Of a stretch of 64,000 nt of DNA, positions 29,453 to 38,609 are shown one piece after another. The notes beneath the pieces were generated by a model, which searched no databases, was not told the origin of the DNA, and worked only from the letters and a program-made list of their open reading frames with translations. Both the position numbers and the translations under genes were made by a program. The stretch lies in assembly GCA_050298595.1 (NCBI GenBank), contig JBNKUM010000094.1, positions 128,001-192,000 on the forward strand. The letters are read 5' to 3'. Source of the stretch: Gammaproteobacteria bacterium (GTDB lineage: Bacteria; Pseudomonadota; Gammaproteobacteria; GCA-001735895). Within the stretch, counting starts at the first letter, position 1. The number at the start of each line of letters is the position of its first letter.

Positions 29453-30334
29453 CTATAAGCCAAGCAGCGACAGGTCCAATGAAGAGCCTTTCATCGGCGG
29501 ACACCAGAAATAACTACCACTGATCGGATGCGTAAAACTGAAAAGGCCGTCCTGAATGCCATCTTCATTACCGCTCATTCGATGCAAGATCATTTCAAAA
29601 GCATCAAATGAATGTCCGAATGCAACAAATACCAGCCCACCTTCGGTGTCGGATGTCCAGGGCATGGAGTGGCGTAGAATAAAGGCTTCTGGCTGGAAGC
29701 TTTCCTGTGCGGTGCGCTTCACATGTGCAGATTCGGGAGCCTCATCAAATTCTTCGTTATCCTTGATGTGACGGCCAATACAGTCATCCTGTTGCTCGCT
29801 GCTCATCGCATCAAGCGTATCAAAGTCATGCAGCCACTGTTGTACAGCAACAAAACTCGAACCATCCAGGCCAGGACCTTTATGCTTGACGATAGCGGCA
29901 TTGATAGCATCCTCGCCCTGAGGGTTTTCAGTGCCATCTTCATAACCGCTCAGGTCTCGGTTTTCGTCGAAGGTAAAGCTATCAATACAGTCACACAGAG
30001 TAAATGCAGGTGTTAGCAGGGATTCAATCAGGCGAGTTTGATGAAATAACTCTCCGCGATCAGTACCGCGCAACCAGCACCATAATGCAGTTGGCGTTGC
30101 TGGAATATCCAGCCCTGCAGCGCTGATAGCCGAGAAGCTGCGTAATCCATCAACTGATTTACCCAATGCCAGGACCAGAGACTGTCCTAAGCCAATCACC
30201 AGATTTTCACCATCGACCAGATCTTTGAGTTCCTGCAAACAGTTTTGCAGCGCATCGCTGGTATGTATATTGAAAGTTAAAAACCTTGCTATTACAGGGT
30301 TTGCAGCAAGGATTCCTGCCTGTGGTTGAGTCAT
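29453..30334 (-). CDS. Dyp-type heme peroxidase
   Basis: RDLSGYEDGTENP (GxxDG), SAHVKR, ILRHSMPW, GSYFWCPP. Confidence 0.93.
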   Translation of the reverse strand: MTQPQAGILAANPVIARFLTFNIHTSDALQNCLQELKDLVDGENLVIGLGQSLVLALGKSVDGLRSFSAISAAGLDIPATPTALWCWLRGTDRGELFHQTRLIESLLTPAFTLCDCIDSFTFDENRDLSGYEDGTENPQGEDAINAAIVKHKGPGLDGSSFVAVQQWLHDFDTLDAMSSEQQDDCIGRHIKDNEEFDEAPESAHVKRTAQESFQPEAFILRHSMPWTSDTEGGLVFVAFGHSFDAFEMILHRMSGNEDGIQDGLFSFTHPISGSYFWCPPMKGSSLDLSLLGL

Positions 30335-30575
30335 ATCCGTTTCCGAGAAAATTAAAATTACTTCTTATTCAATAGTTTCTACTGTACATGTACAGACTGT
30401 AAATCATTTGCAGGAATAATTCGTTCAAATAATGAAAATAAAACACTATTGGGGCATTAATACAAACTAGTCGCAACAAAACGGTTATATGGTTAGAATG
30501 CATCGCTATATTTGAATTGGCAGGCCGGATTTTTATGGCACTGCTGCCTAAGCATATAACATTTGAGGAATATTT

Positions 30576-31463
30576 ATGTCTACAAAGCACCCCATTATTG
30601 TGGTGACGGGCTCTTCAGGGGCCGGTACCTCTACAGTAAAAAAATCTCTGGAAGCTGTTTTTGAGCGTGAAGGTATCACGCCCTGTGTGATTGAGGGTGA
30701 TAGTTTCCATCGATATGATCGTGCACAAATGAAAGTACAAATGGATAAAGCGATCAAAGATGGACGTGATTTCAGTCATTTTGGTGCAGAAGCTAATGAG
30801 TTTGATACCCTTGCCGAACTGTTTAAATCCTACTCAGAAACTGGAACCGGTAAGAAACGTTATTATCTGCATTCTGAACCAGAAGCCGCTGAGCATAATG
30901 CGCGCCTGGGCATAGATAAGAAACCAGGTGAATTCACACCCTGGGAAGATATCGAACCGAATACCGATCTGATGTTCTACGAAGGATTGCATGGTTGTGT
31001 TAAAAACGATGAAGTAGACATGACCAAGCATGTTGACCTTAAGGTTGGTGTGGTGCCGATTGTAAATCTGGAATGGATCCAGAAGATACACCGTGACAAT
31101 GCTGAGCGTGGATACAGTGCTGATGTCATTGTCGACACTATCCTGCGCCGTATGCCTGATTACATCAAATATCTTACCCCGCAATTCTCTGAAACAGATA
31201 TCAACTTCCAGCGCGTTTCAACGGTGGATACCTCGAATCCTTTTATAGCGCGCGATATTCCGACACCAGATGAAAGCTTTGTGGTTATTCGCTTTAAAGA
31301 TCCCAAGAAATTCAACACCGATTTCCCATACCTGTTAAGCATGATTCATGACTCATTTATGTCGCGTCGTAATACCATTGTGGTACCTGGCGGCAAGATG
31401 GGGCTGGCGATGGAGATTATTCTGACACCTATCATCCATAATATGCTGGAACAGCGTAAGTAA
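30576..31463 (+). CDS. prk: Phosphoribulokinase
   Basis: VTGSSGAGTS, EGDSFHRYDR, FYEGLHG, NLEWIQKIHRD, VDTSNPF. Confidence 0.97.
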   Translation: MSTKHPIIVVTGSSGAGTSTVKKSLEAVFEREGITPCVIEGDSFHRYDRAQMKVQMDKAIKDGRDFSHFGAEANEFDTLAELFKSYSETGTGKKRYYLHSEPEAAEHNARLGIDKKPGEFTPWEDIEPNTDLMFYEGLHGCVKNDEVDMTKHVDLKVGVVPIVNLEWIQKIHRDNAERGYSADVIVDTILRRMPDYIKYLTPQFSETDINFQRVSTVDTSNPFIARDIPTPDESFVVIRFKDPKKFNTDFPYLLSMIHDSFMSRRNTIVVPGGKMGLAMEIILTPIIHNMLEQRK

Positions 31464-31479
31464 GTTTTTATATTCAAGC

Positions 31480-31512
31480 CCGCTGACCGATTATCTGGTC
31501 AGCGGTTCTTTT
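31480..31512 (+). terminator. Rho-independent terminator after prk
   Basis: ccgctgacc-N8-ggtcagcgg-ttctttt. Confidence 0.75.
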
Positions 31513-31541
31513 GTGCCTGAAATAATATCCCTTGATTTACT

Positions 31542-32744
31542 TTACAGGCATATATCGTTTCCAATACTGCTGGGCTGCTCACCCCACAGAAAAGATCCCT
31601 GTAGCGTGTAACCACCTAGATATAAGCTGCGTGTAATCACCATCTGATCCAGATCAATTTCGTAAAACGTACCGTCCTGACTGGCTATTCCATAGTAGAA
31701 ATTTTCATCGGGACTGACGCTGGCAGTATGACCCTGAGATTTTCGTCCTGCCGGTGGAGTGCTGGCTACGGTGATATTTTGAATATTTGTGTGGGTAGTA
31801 ATATCGATCACGCTGATAAAGGTATCGTTGTGATTGGTAACAATGGCAATATTTCTATCTGGTGCAAATACCGTATGTCCAGCACCCTGTCCGACATCGG
31901 CTACAGCCTCCACTGTCATAGTATTACGGTTAATCACAAACAGATGTCCCTCGGTTGAGCCCATATAGATATGGATGCCATCGGGATGAAAGTCAGCGTG
32001 ATGCGAGCCCATAATCGCAGGGTCAAAGCCGGTCAGTGAAACCTGGCCGGTCTGGATCAAATGATTGCCGCGTATTTCAAAGCGAACTAGTCCAGGAGGG
32101 ATGTGCTGAAATGGGCTGCCTTCAAGTACCGCATAGTAATCAGAGCCAGCCTTCAGGATATGGTGCATTGCGGTGGGTAAAACCAGGATATCCAGCAGAT
32201 GGCCATTGGTTGAATAATATTGCAGGATACGGGTGGTGCGATCGAGTTGGAGAAAGCTGTGCTTACTCACCCAGTAAGGGTGTCCGGTAGCATTGCTGCC
32301 ACCAAAATCAACAGGTGGATTGTAAACCTCGCTGCCTACAAGCTGCTTAATTTGCGACTGTTTAACCTTCACCAGCGTGGTTTGAGGTTTATCCTTACCG
32401 GAGATTAGAGCGCTACGATTTTTCGGGTTATAACTGGAAGAACGTGGTTTATGGTTCAATGCCAGGCGGGTTTCTTCTTCGAAGGTACATACATTTATAA
32501 CACCTACCGAGGCAGCGTTCCGTGTGATGGCATAAATCTTATTGGGGCCAGCAAGATCGACCGGGTAGGGTTGATCAGCCGTATCAACAGTGGCAAGTAG
32601 CGTCATACTGGGAATGTCGATTTTATACACTCTGTCGTTATCATTATCGCTATAAAAAACGATACCCGGTTCAGTGGTTGCCATCGCCGAAAAACAGGAT
32701 AGGATCAGGCTAGCGGTTAATAGCTGAATATGTCGTTTTATCAT
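31542..32744 (-). CDS. Secreted YncE/YVTN-like beta-propeller protein, His-rich
   Basis: Signal peptide from MIKRHIQLL; blade repeats (HADFHPDG..IY, HTVFAPD..AIVTN, HTASVSPD..YY). Start inferred at the internal Met. Confidence 0.75.
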   Translation of the reverse strand: MIKRHIQLLTASLILSCFSAMATTEPGIVFYSDNDNDRVYKIDIPSMTLLATVDTADQPYPVDLAGPNKIYAITRNAASVGVINVCTFEEETRLALNHKPRSSSYNPKNRSALISGKDKPQTTLVKVKQSQIKQLVGSEVYNPPVDFGGSNATGHPYWVSKHSFLQLDRTTRILQYYSTNGHLLDILVLPTAMHHILKAGSDYYAVLEGSPFQHIPPGLVRFEIRGNHLIQTGQVSLTGFDPAIMGSHHADFHPDGIHIYMGSTEGHLFVINRNTMTVEAVADVGQGAGHTVFAPDRNIAIVTNHNDTFISVIDITTHTNIQNITVASTPPAGRKSQGHTASVSPDENFYYGIASQDGTFYEIDLDQMVITRSLYLGGYTLQGSFLWGEQPSSIGNDICL

Positions 32745-32995
32745 GATTATTTCCTGTGCTTTATTATATGAGGGTGATACAACGCATACAGATTGTTGGA
32801 GAAACAATACGGATAGTATAAAGCGGAGTTGTTATCGGCCTTGTCGGTCAAAAGCTTGACTAACCCAATGTTTATAGCAGTTCGCCGACACTATGCTGAA
32901 GATGAATATAACTGAAGCTGGCCTGAGTCCTGATATTCACAAAGGCAGCCTATTGATTTTAATACAAATTTACCACTGATCGAGATTTGTTAAAT

Positions 32996-33769
32996 ATGTA
33001 TGACCGGCTTATAGATTCTCATTGTCACCTGGATGATGATCGTTTCGATGAAGATCGTTTAGCGATGATGCAGCGTGCGCAGGCCTGCGGTATTTCCAGA
33101 ATTATAATACCTGCTACCACCGCTAAACGCTGGCCCAAAGTCAGACAGGTGGCAGATGAGTTCACCGGGGTATCGGCCAGTTATGGGCTACACCCGATGT
33201 TTATGTCAGAGCACCAGCCTGAAGATATTGCGCTGCTGGATGAATGGTTACAACAGAATGAGGCGGTAGCCGTAGGCGAATGCGGTCTGGATTTTTTTAT
33301 TTCCGATCAGGATCAGGATGCGCAGCTAATACTGTTTCGTGATCAGCTCACAGTGGCCTGTAATCATCGCTTACCGGTGATTATCCATGCACGTAAAGCG
33401 CTAGATCTGGTGATACGCGAGATTCGTAATTCCAGTATCGAATTGGGTGTAATACACAGTTTTAGTGGTAGTCTGCAACAGGCGCATCAACTGGTTGAGC
33501 TTGGGTTTAAGCTGGGCATAGCGGCGATTGTCGGGTATGAGCGGGCAAAGAAACTAAGGCAGATAGTGCGTGAGATCGATATGAATGCGCTGTTGATCGA
33601 AACCGATGCGCCTGATCAGAGTGGCCCGCAGCATCGGGGTGTTAGAAATGAACCCGCATTTATCATGGATCATCTGGTAACTGTAGCGAACTTACGTGAA
33701 ATGGATGTAGATGAGTGCGCCAGACAGTTGTCACAAAACTGTAGGCAGTTGTTCAAATTGACTGATTGA
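32996..33769 (+). CDS. TatD-family hydrolase/DNase
   Basis: DSHCHLD, GLHP, VGECGLD, IIHAR, IHSFSGS, IETDAP. Confidence 0.93.
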   Translation: MYDRLIDSHCHLDDDRFDEDRLAMMQRAQACGISRIIIPATTAKRWPKVRQVADEFTGVSASYGLHPMFMSEHQPEDIALLDEWLQQNEAVAVGECGLDFFISDQDQDAQLILFRDQLTVACNHRLPVIIHARKALDLVIREIRNSSIELGVIHSFSGSLQQAHQLVELGFKLGIAAIVGYERAKKLRQIVREIDMNALLIETDAPDQSGPQHRGVRNEPAFIMDHLVTVANLREMDVDECARQLSQNCRQLFKLTD

Positions 33770-34010
33770 CGGGCAAAACCTCAATTGTATATGCGCAGCA
33801 ACTCAGCTGAATGTAATCTGCAACTGGCGTCAGCAAGCCCTGGTCTATTTTATTTCAGGTATCGGTCACTTATGAGTAACAAGCTGGCTGTTAGCTGATT
33901 GCTGGTCTGTTTTATAATAAAAACAACTTAACATAAGCCCGAGCTGATTTGCTTCCTCAGTTTGTATATGGTTATATAAATAAGCATGTACTTAACTTAT
34001 AGAGGAATAC

Positions 34011-35021
34011 ATGCTTAAAATAATAAAACCTGGCGCAATTCTCGCGCTATCCCTTCTTTCAATGCCCTCCCATGCATCTAATTGCGGATCAATCCAGATT
34101 GCTGAAATGAACTGGGCTTCAGCCGAGTTAATGGCCAATGTCGATAAGATTATTCTGGACGATGGATATGGTTGCGATGTCAGTCTGATACCGGGGGCTA
34201 CGCAAACCACATTTGCATCCATGAATGAAAAAGGTCAGCCGGATGTCGCTCCTGAAATGTGGACTAATGCAGTTGCTGTTCCATTGAAAAAGGCAATGGG
34301 CGAAGGTCGTCTACATTCCCTTAATAAGGGCCCGATTACTGACCTTGGCGAAGGCTGGTGGATTACCCCCAAAACCGCCAAAGATCATCCTGAATTGAAA
34401 ACTGTTCTGGATATTCTTAAACACCCTGAAATTTTTCCTGACAAGGAAGATCCTGGTAAAGGCGCCTTTGTCGGCTGTCCTGCTGGTTGGGGCTGCCAGC
34501 TTATAAACGCCAACCTGTTCCGCGCTTTTGACATGGAAAAGAAAGGCTGGAAGCTGGTCGACCCAGGCTCGGCTGCCGGTCTTGATGGTTCCATGTCAAA
34601 AGCTGTTGAGCGTGGCGAGTACTGGTTTGGTTATTACTGGTCACCCACCGCCTTGATTGGTAAATACAAAATGGTCAAGGTTCCTTTTGGGGTTCCTTTT
34701 GTGGGCAGGGATCATTGGGATAACTGCCTTGTTAAAGCAGAGCAGGATTGTGCCAAACCCAAACCGAGTGCCTGGATTCAATCAGAAGTACAAACTATCG
34801 TTACCGACAAACATAAAAAAACGGCAGGTAAGGCTGTAACAGAGTATTACAGTAAGCGGATTTTTCCTGGTGAAGTCATGAACGAGATGCTGGTTTATAT
34901 GGGGGATAATCAGGCATCAGGTGAAGATGCTGCGATTGAGTTCCTGCTCAAGCATGAGGATGTGTGGACAAAATGGGTACCCGAAGACGTCGCCAGAAAA
35001 GTCACTAAATCATTGAATTGA
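34011..35021 (+). CDS. proX: Glycine betaine/proline ABC transporter substrate-binding protein
   Basis: Signal peptide, MNWAS, PEMW, CPAGWGC, GYYWSP; first gene of the ABC operon. Confidence 0.85.
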   Translation: MLKIIKPGAILALSLLSMPSHASNCGSIQIAEMNWASAELMANVDKIILDDGYGCDVSLIPGATQTTFASMNEKGQPDVAPEMWTNAVAVPLKKAMGEGRLHSLNKGPITDLGEGWWITPKTAKDHPELKTVLDILKHPEIFPDKEDPGKGAFVGCPAGWGCQLINANLFRAFDMEKKGWKLVDPGSAAGLDGSMSKAVERGEYWFGYYWSPTALIGKYKMVKVPFGVPFVGRDHWDNCLVKAEQDCAKPKPSAWIQSEVQTIVTDKHKKTAGKAVTEYYSKRIFPGEVMNEMLVYMGDNQASGEDAAIEFLLKHEDVWTKWVPEDVARKVTKSLN

Positions 35022-35046
35022 TTGTTATCAGGCCCGGTTAATTCAG

Positions 35047-35076
35047 AGCCCATCTTATTAATGATGGGCTTTATTT
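35047..35076 (+). terminator. Intra-operon hairpin after the binding-protein gene
   Basis: agcccatc-ttattaat-gatgggct-ttattt. Confidence 0.55.
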
Positions 35077-35116
35077 AACCTGAATCCGTAAAAAATAAAA
35101 ATGATCGGGAGGTCAG

Positions 35117-36007
35117 ATGGAAATTTTTGAGGACTTTCCTTCCCTGGGGCGTGCAGACCTCAGGGATTTGAAAAAAACAATTGATGCCGGGTTTCGTGAA
35201 TTCACCCGCGCATATGGTGAGGATATTGAAAATTTTTTTGATCCTCTGTTGCAATTTATGGTGTGGTTTGAAAAGTTGCTTCAGGCGACACCCTGGCCGG
35301 TGATTCTACTGGTCATTGCTGCGGTTGCATGGTTTGGATCACGCAGTATCAAGATCACTGCAGGTAGCGTACTGTCTTTTGTTGTCATTGGTTATTTCGG
35401 CATGTGGGAAGATCTGATGTCGACGCTGGCGATTATTTCGGTGGCGACCTCCCTGTGTGTGATACTGGGCATCCCTCTGGGTATCCTGATGGCGAAATCT
35501 GATCGTACGCAAATGGTTATTACCCCAGTACTGGATGTAATGCAGACCATCCCTGCTTTTGTTTATCTGATTCCGGTGGTGATGCTGCTCGGTATCGGTA
35601 AGGTGCCGGGCCTGATTGCCGTCAGTATTTATGCGATTCCTCCTATTGTGCGCCTGACTAACCTGGGAATTCGGCTGGTGGATAAAGAAGCACTGGAAGC
35701 AGCTGATGCTTTTGGGGCCAGTTATTTCCAGAAATTATTTGGCGTACAGATACCGCTCGCGCTACCCAATATCTTTGCGGGTGTAAATCAGACCATTATG
35801 ATGGCACTGTCGATGGTCGTAATTGCATCCATGATCGGTGTCGCCGGTCTGGGTGTGCCTGTTCTACGTGCGATCTCCAATCAGTATCTTGCACTGGGGC
35901 TGATGAATGGGCTGGCAATAGTTGCACTGGCAATTATCTTCGACCGGGTCTCTCAGCAATATGGAATAAGAATTCAGAAACACCGAACAGGGCAGGACAA
36001 TGGCTGA
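35117..36007 (+). CDS. proW: Glycine betaine/proline ABC permease
   Basis: PVLDVMQTIPAFVYLIP, EAADAFGAS (EAA loop), GVNQTIMMALSMVVIASMIG. Confidence 0.9.
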   Translation: MEIFEDFPSLGRADLRDLKKTIDAGFREFTRAYGEDIENFFDPLLQFMVWFEKLLQATPWPVILLVIAAVAWFGSRSIKITAGSVLSFVVIGYFGMWEDLMSTLAIISVATSLCVILGIPLGILMAKSDRTQMVITPVLDVMQTIPAFVYLIPVVMLLGIGKVPGLIAVSIYAIPPIVRLTNLGIRLVDKEALEAADAFGASYFQKLFGVQIPLALPNIFAGVNQTIMMALSMVVIASMIGVAGLGVPVLRAISNQYLALGLMNGLAIVALAIIFDRVSQQYGIRIQKHRTGQDNG

Positions 36008-37058
36008 TATTAAAATTAAGATCGAAAATCTGACCAAGATATTTGGCCCGAAACCAGCTGCTGTACTAAAGCATGTAAATGCCGGTGTAGATAAGGATCA
36101 GCTATTAAGCGAACATGGTCATGTTCTTGGCTTACACGATATAAATTTGTCGCTCGAAAACAAGAATATCGAAGTGATCATGGGCTTGTCTGGTTCAGGA
36201 AAATCTACCTTGATCCGTCATATCAATCGACTCATTGAACCCACTGCCGGATCGATTCTGGTGGATGGTGAAGACGTAATGAAAATGAATGAAAAAGAGT
36301 TACGTCATTTTCGGCAATCTAAAACTGCCATGGTATTCCAGAAGTTTGCGCTGATGCCACACCACACTATTATCGAAAATGCCGGCTTCGGTTTAAAGAT
36401 ACAGGGCAAGGAAAAAAGGGATATTCAGCAGCAGGCGCAGAAGTGGCTGGACAGAGTAGGTTTATCTGGATATGAAAACCATTATCCGGCTCAGCTTTCA
36501 GGTGGCATGCAGCAGCGTGTTGGCCTGGCTCGTGCGCTGGCCTGTGATGCCGATATTCTGATGATGGACGAGGCATTCAGCGCGCTTGATCCGCTGATTC
36601 GTTCCGACATGCAGGACCTGCTACTTGAGCTACAGGAAGAGCTGCACAAAACCATCGTCTTTATTACCCATGATCTGGATGAGGCGTTAAAGATTGGCGA
36701 CAAAATTTCGATTCTCAATCAGGGCTTGCTGGTGCAGCATGGTACCCCGCAGGAAATATTGCTTAATCCAGCAGACGACTATGTCGAACGTTTTGTGGCC
36801 GATGTGAATCGTACTCGAGTGTTGCTGGCAAAATCTATTATGATGGATGAAAGGCCAGACCATGATCATTCTCAGTCGGTCACGGTGAGGGAAACTGAAA
36901 CCGTTGATACCGTATTACATGCACTATTATCTGAAGATGGTACCTACGTAGTCGTAGAGGATCGTAAGGGGCAAAAAGTTGGGTATATTGATAAGGAAAC
37001 GCTGGCTGAGACCTTAAAGCAAAACGAAAAGGATGAGGTGATCACAGAAGTAGCCTGA
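36000..37058 (+). CDS. proV: Glycine betaine/proline ABC ATPase
   Basis: MGLSGSGKST, LSGGMQQRVGLARAL, MDEAFSALDPLIR. Confidence 0.92.
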   Translation: MADIKIKIENLTKIFGPKPAAVLKHVNAGVDKDQLLSEHGHVLGLHDINLSLENKNIEVIMGLSGSGKSTLIRHINRLIEPTAGSILVDGEDVMKMNEKELRHFRQSKTAMVFQKFALMPHHTIIENAGFGLKIQGKEKRDIQQQAQKWLDRVGLSGYENHYPAQLSGGMQQRVGLARALACDADILMMDEAFSALDPLIRSDMQDLLLELQEELHKTIVFITHDLDEALKIGDKISILNQGLLVQHGTPQEILLNPADDYVERFVADVNRTRVLLAKSIMMDERPDHDHSQSVTVRETETVDTVLHALLSEDGTYVVVEDRKGQKVGYIDKETLAETLKQNEKDEVITEVA

Positions 37059-37082
37059 TAAAGCTTTACAGGGCAGGTTGGT

Positions 37083-38051
37083 TTAATCCAGATAGGGCTT
37101 AACCAGATTAGCCATCATCTGGATATGATCTTCTCGATCATTCAGGCAGGGGATGTAATAGTATTGCTCCCCACCGTTTTCCTCAAATATCTCCTTATTT
37201 TCCATCTGGATCTCTTCCAGTGTCTCCAGGCAATCTACCGAGAAACCGGGACACACCACATCGATCTCCTTGAGCCCTTTCTGCGCCATAGCGGCGAGTA
37301 TTTCCGAGGTATAAGGCTTTAGCCAGGTCTGTTTACCAAAACGTGATTGAAAGCTCATCGCCCACTGATCTGAACCCAGTCCCATGATGGTGGCCAGCAG
37401 GTGTGCGGTCCCCATGCATTGATCGTAGTAGGGATCGCCCAGGTCAACATTACGCTGAGGCAGGCCGTGGAATGACATCAACAGGAAACGCTGGCGCTGC
37501 TGTTGTTGCCAGTGTTCCTGTATGGAGGCTGCCAGCGCATGGATATAGTCGGGGTCACCATGGTATTGATTGATAAAACATAGCTCGGGTACCTCGCGCC
37601 AGGATTTCATTACATCAGCGATATGGTCAAAGGTGGTCGCTGTGGTAGTTGCTGAGTTTTGCGGGTAGAGCGGCAGGATAATCATTTTCCTGTATTGCTC
37701 CTGCTGTAACTGGTTTAACACCGAGGCAAAGGATGGCTCACCATAACGCATCATTAATTCTACCTTTACCTCATCCCCCAGTTTTTGCTGTAGGGCCTGC
37801 TGCTGGCGGCGACTAATAGACAGAAGAGGTGAGCCTTCATCGGTCCAGATTCGATTGTATGCGGTCAGAGACTTTTTCGATCTAAAAGGCAGGATAATCA
37901 GGTTGAGAATAAACCACCAGATAAAAGCCGGTATCTCTACCACGCGTTGATCGGACAGGAATTGTTTAAGAAAGCTACGCACAGAAGGTACGGTATTATT
38001 GGCGGGTGTGCCCAGATTGGTCAGGATTACAGCGGTTTTTTGCAAGCGCAT
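37083..38051 (-). CDS. hemH: Ferrochelatase
   Basis: NLGTP, LPLYPQ, SFHGLP, FQSRFG...WLKPYT, GFSVDCLETLEEI. Confidence 0.96.
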   Translation of the reverse strand: MRLQKTAVILTNLGTPANNTVPSVRSFLKQFLSDQRVVEIPAFIWWFILNLIILPFRSKKSLTAYNRIWTDEGSPLLSISRRQQQALQQKLGDEVKVELMMRYGEPSFASVLNQLQQEQYRKMIILPLYPQNSATTTATTFDHIADVMKSWREVPELCFINQYHGDPDYIHALAASIQEHWQQQQRQRFLLMSFHGLPQRNVDLGDPYYDQCMGTAHLLATIMGLGSDQWAMSFQSRFGKQTWLKPYTSEILAAMAQKGLKEIDVVCPGFSVDCLETLEEIQMENKEIFEENGGEQYYYIPCLNDREDHIQMMANLVKPYLD

Positions 38052-38415
38052 ATTAAGAGTATGTTGGTTTTATTTTTATCAGGAGACTAAGTGTGTCAGA
38101 TTACTCCTGCAAGTCAAATTCGTTATCGGGTAATGAAAAAAAACGTTTTTAAAAAATCAGGATTCTAATAACCTGATGCTATCTATATATAAAAATAAAT
38201 AATTATAAAACAGGGGGTTTTGCTATTGACAATAGAAAGATATGCACATTTTTATTCAAGTTTTGAATAAGGGATAATACTCCAGCACATTTTTTTCTAT
38301 TGAAACATTGCTGCTTGTAAGTTATTGAATATAAAGAATAAAAAAAATTGTTCGTAAATCATACAATTTAACACAACTGTAACATTGGCGCGGGCTGGAC
38401 GACATTTTTAAATAC

Positions 38416-38450
38416 TTACACACAGACTTATCCACAGGAAATGTGGATAA
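38416..38450. promoter_or_regulatory. DnaA-box cluster (DARS-like core)
   Basis: TTACACACA-gac-TTATCCACA-ggaaa-TGTGGATAA: two perfect inverted boxes plus one degenerate tandem box in an AT-rich intergenic region of about 550 bp. Confidence 0.7.
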
Positions 38451-38609
38451 ATGAATATTGTCAATTTTGACAACAGTTTAGCTCTCGGCGCGTAGAATTT
38501 ACTTTAACAAGTGCTCGTAAGTGTTTTTTGATTAGAGGTGGAAAAAGTCGTACTACCAGATACGACTTTGCTGTTGCATAGGTGATGTTATGATGTCACT
38601 TTTAAGCCG

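Noticed and set aside
29453-29500. Encapsulin targeting peptide on Dyp (GSSLDLSLLGL)
   Set aside because: Poor match to the GSLxIGSL type, no linker and no encapsulin gene nearby.
38052-38609. oriC
   Set aside because: Only two perfect DnaA boxes, no GATC enrichment and no dnaA/gidA/mioC context; reported as DARS-like instead.
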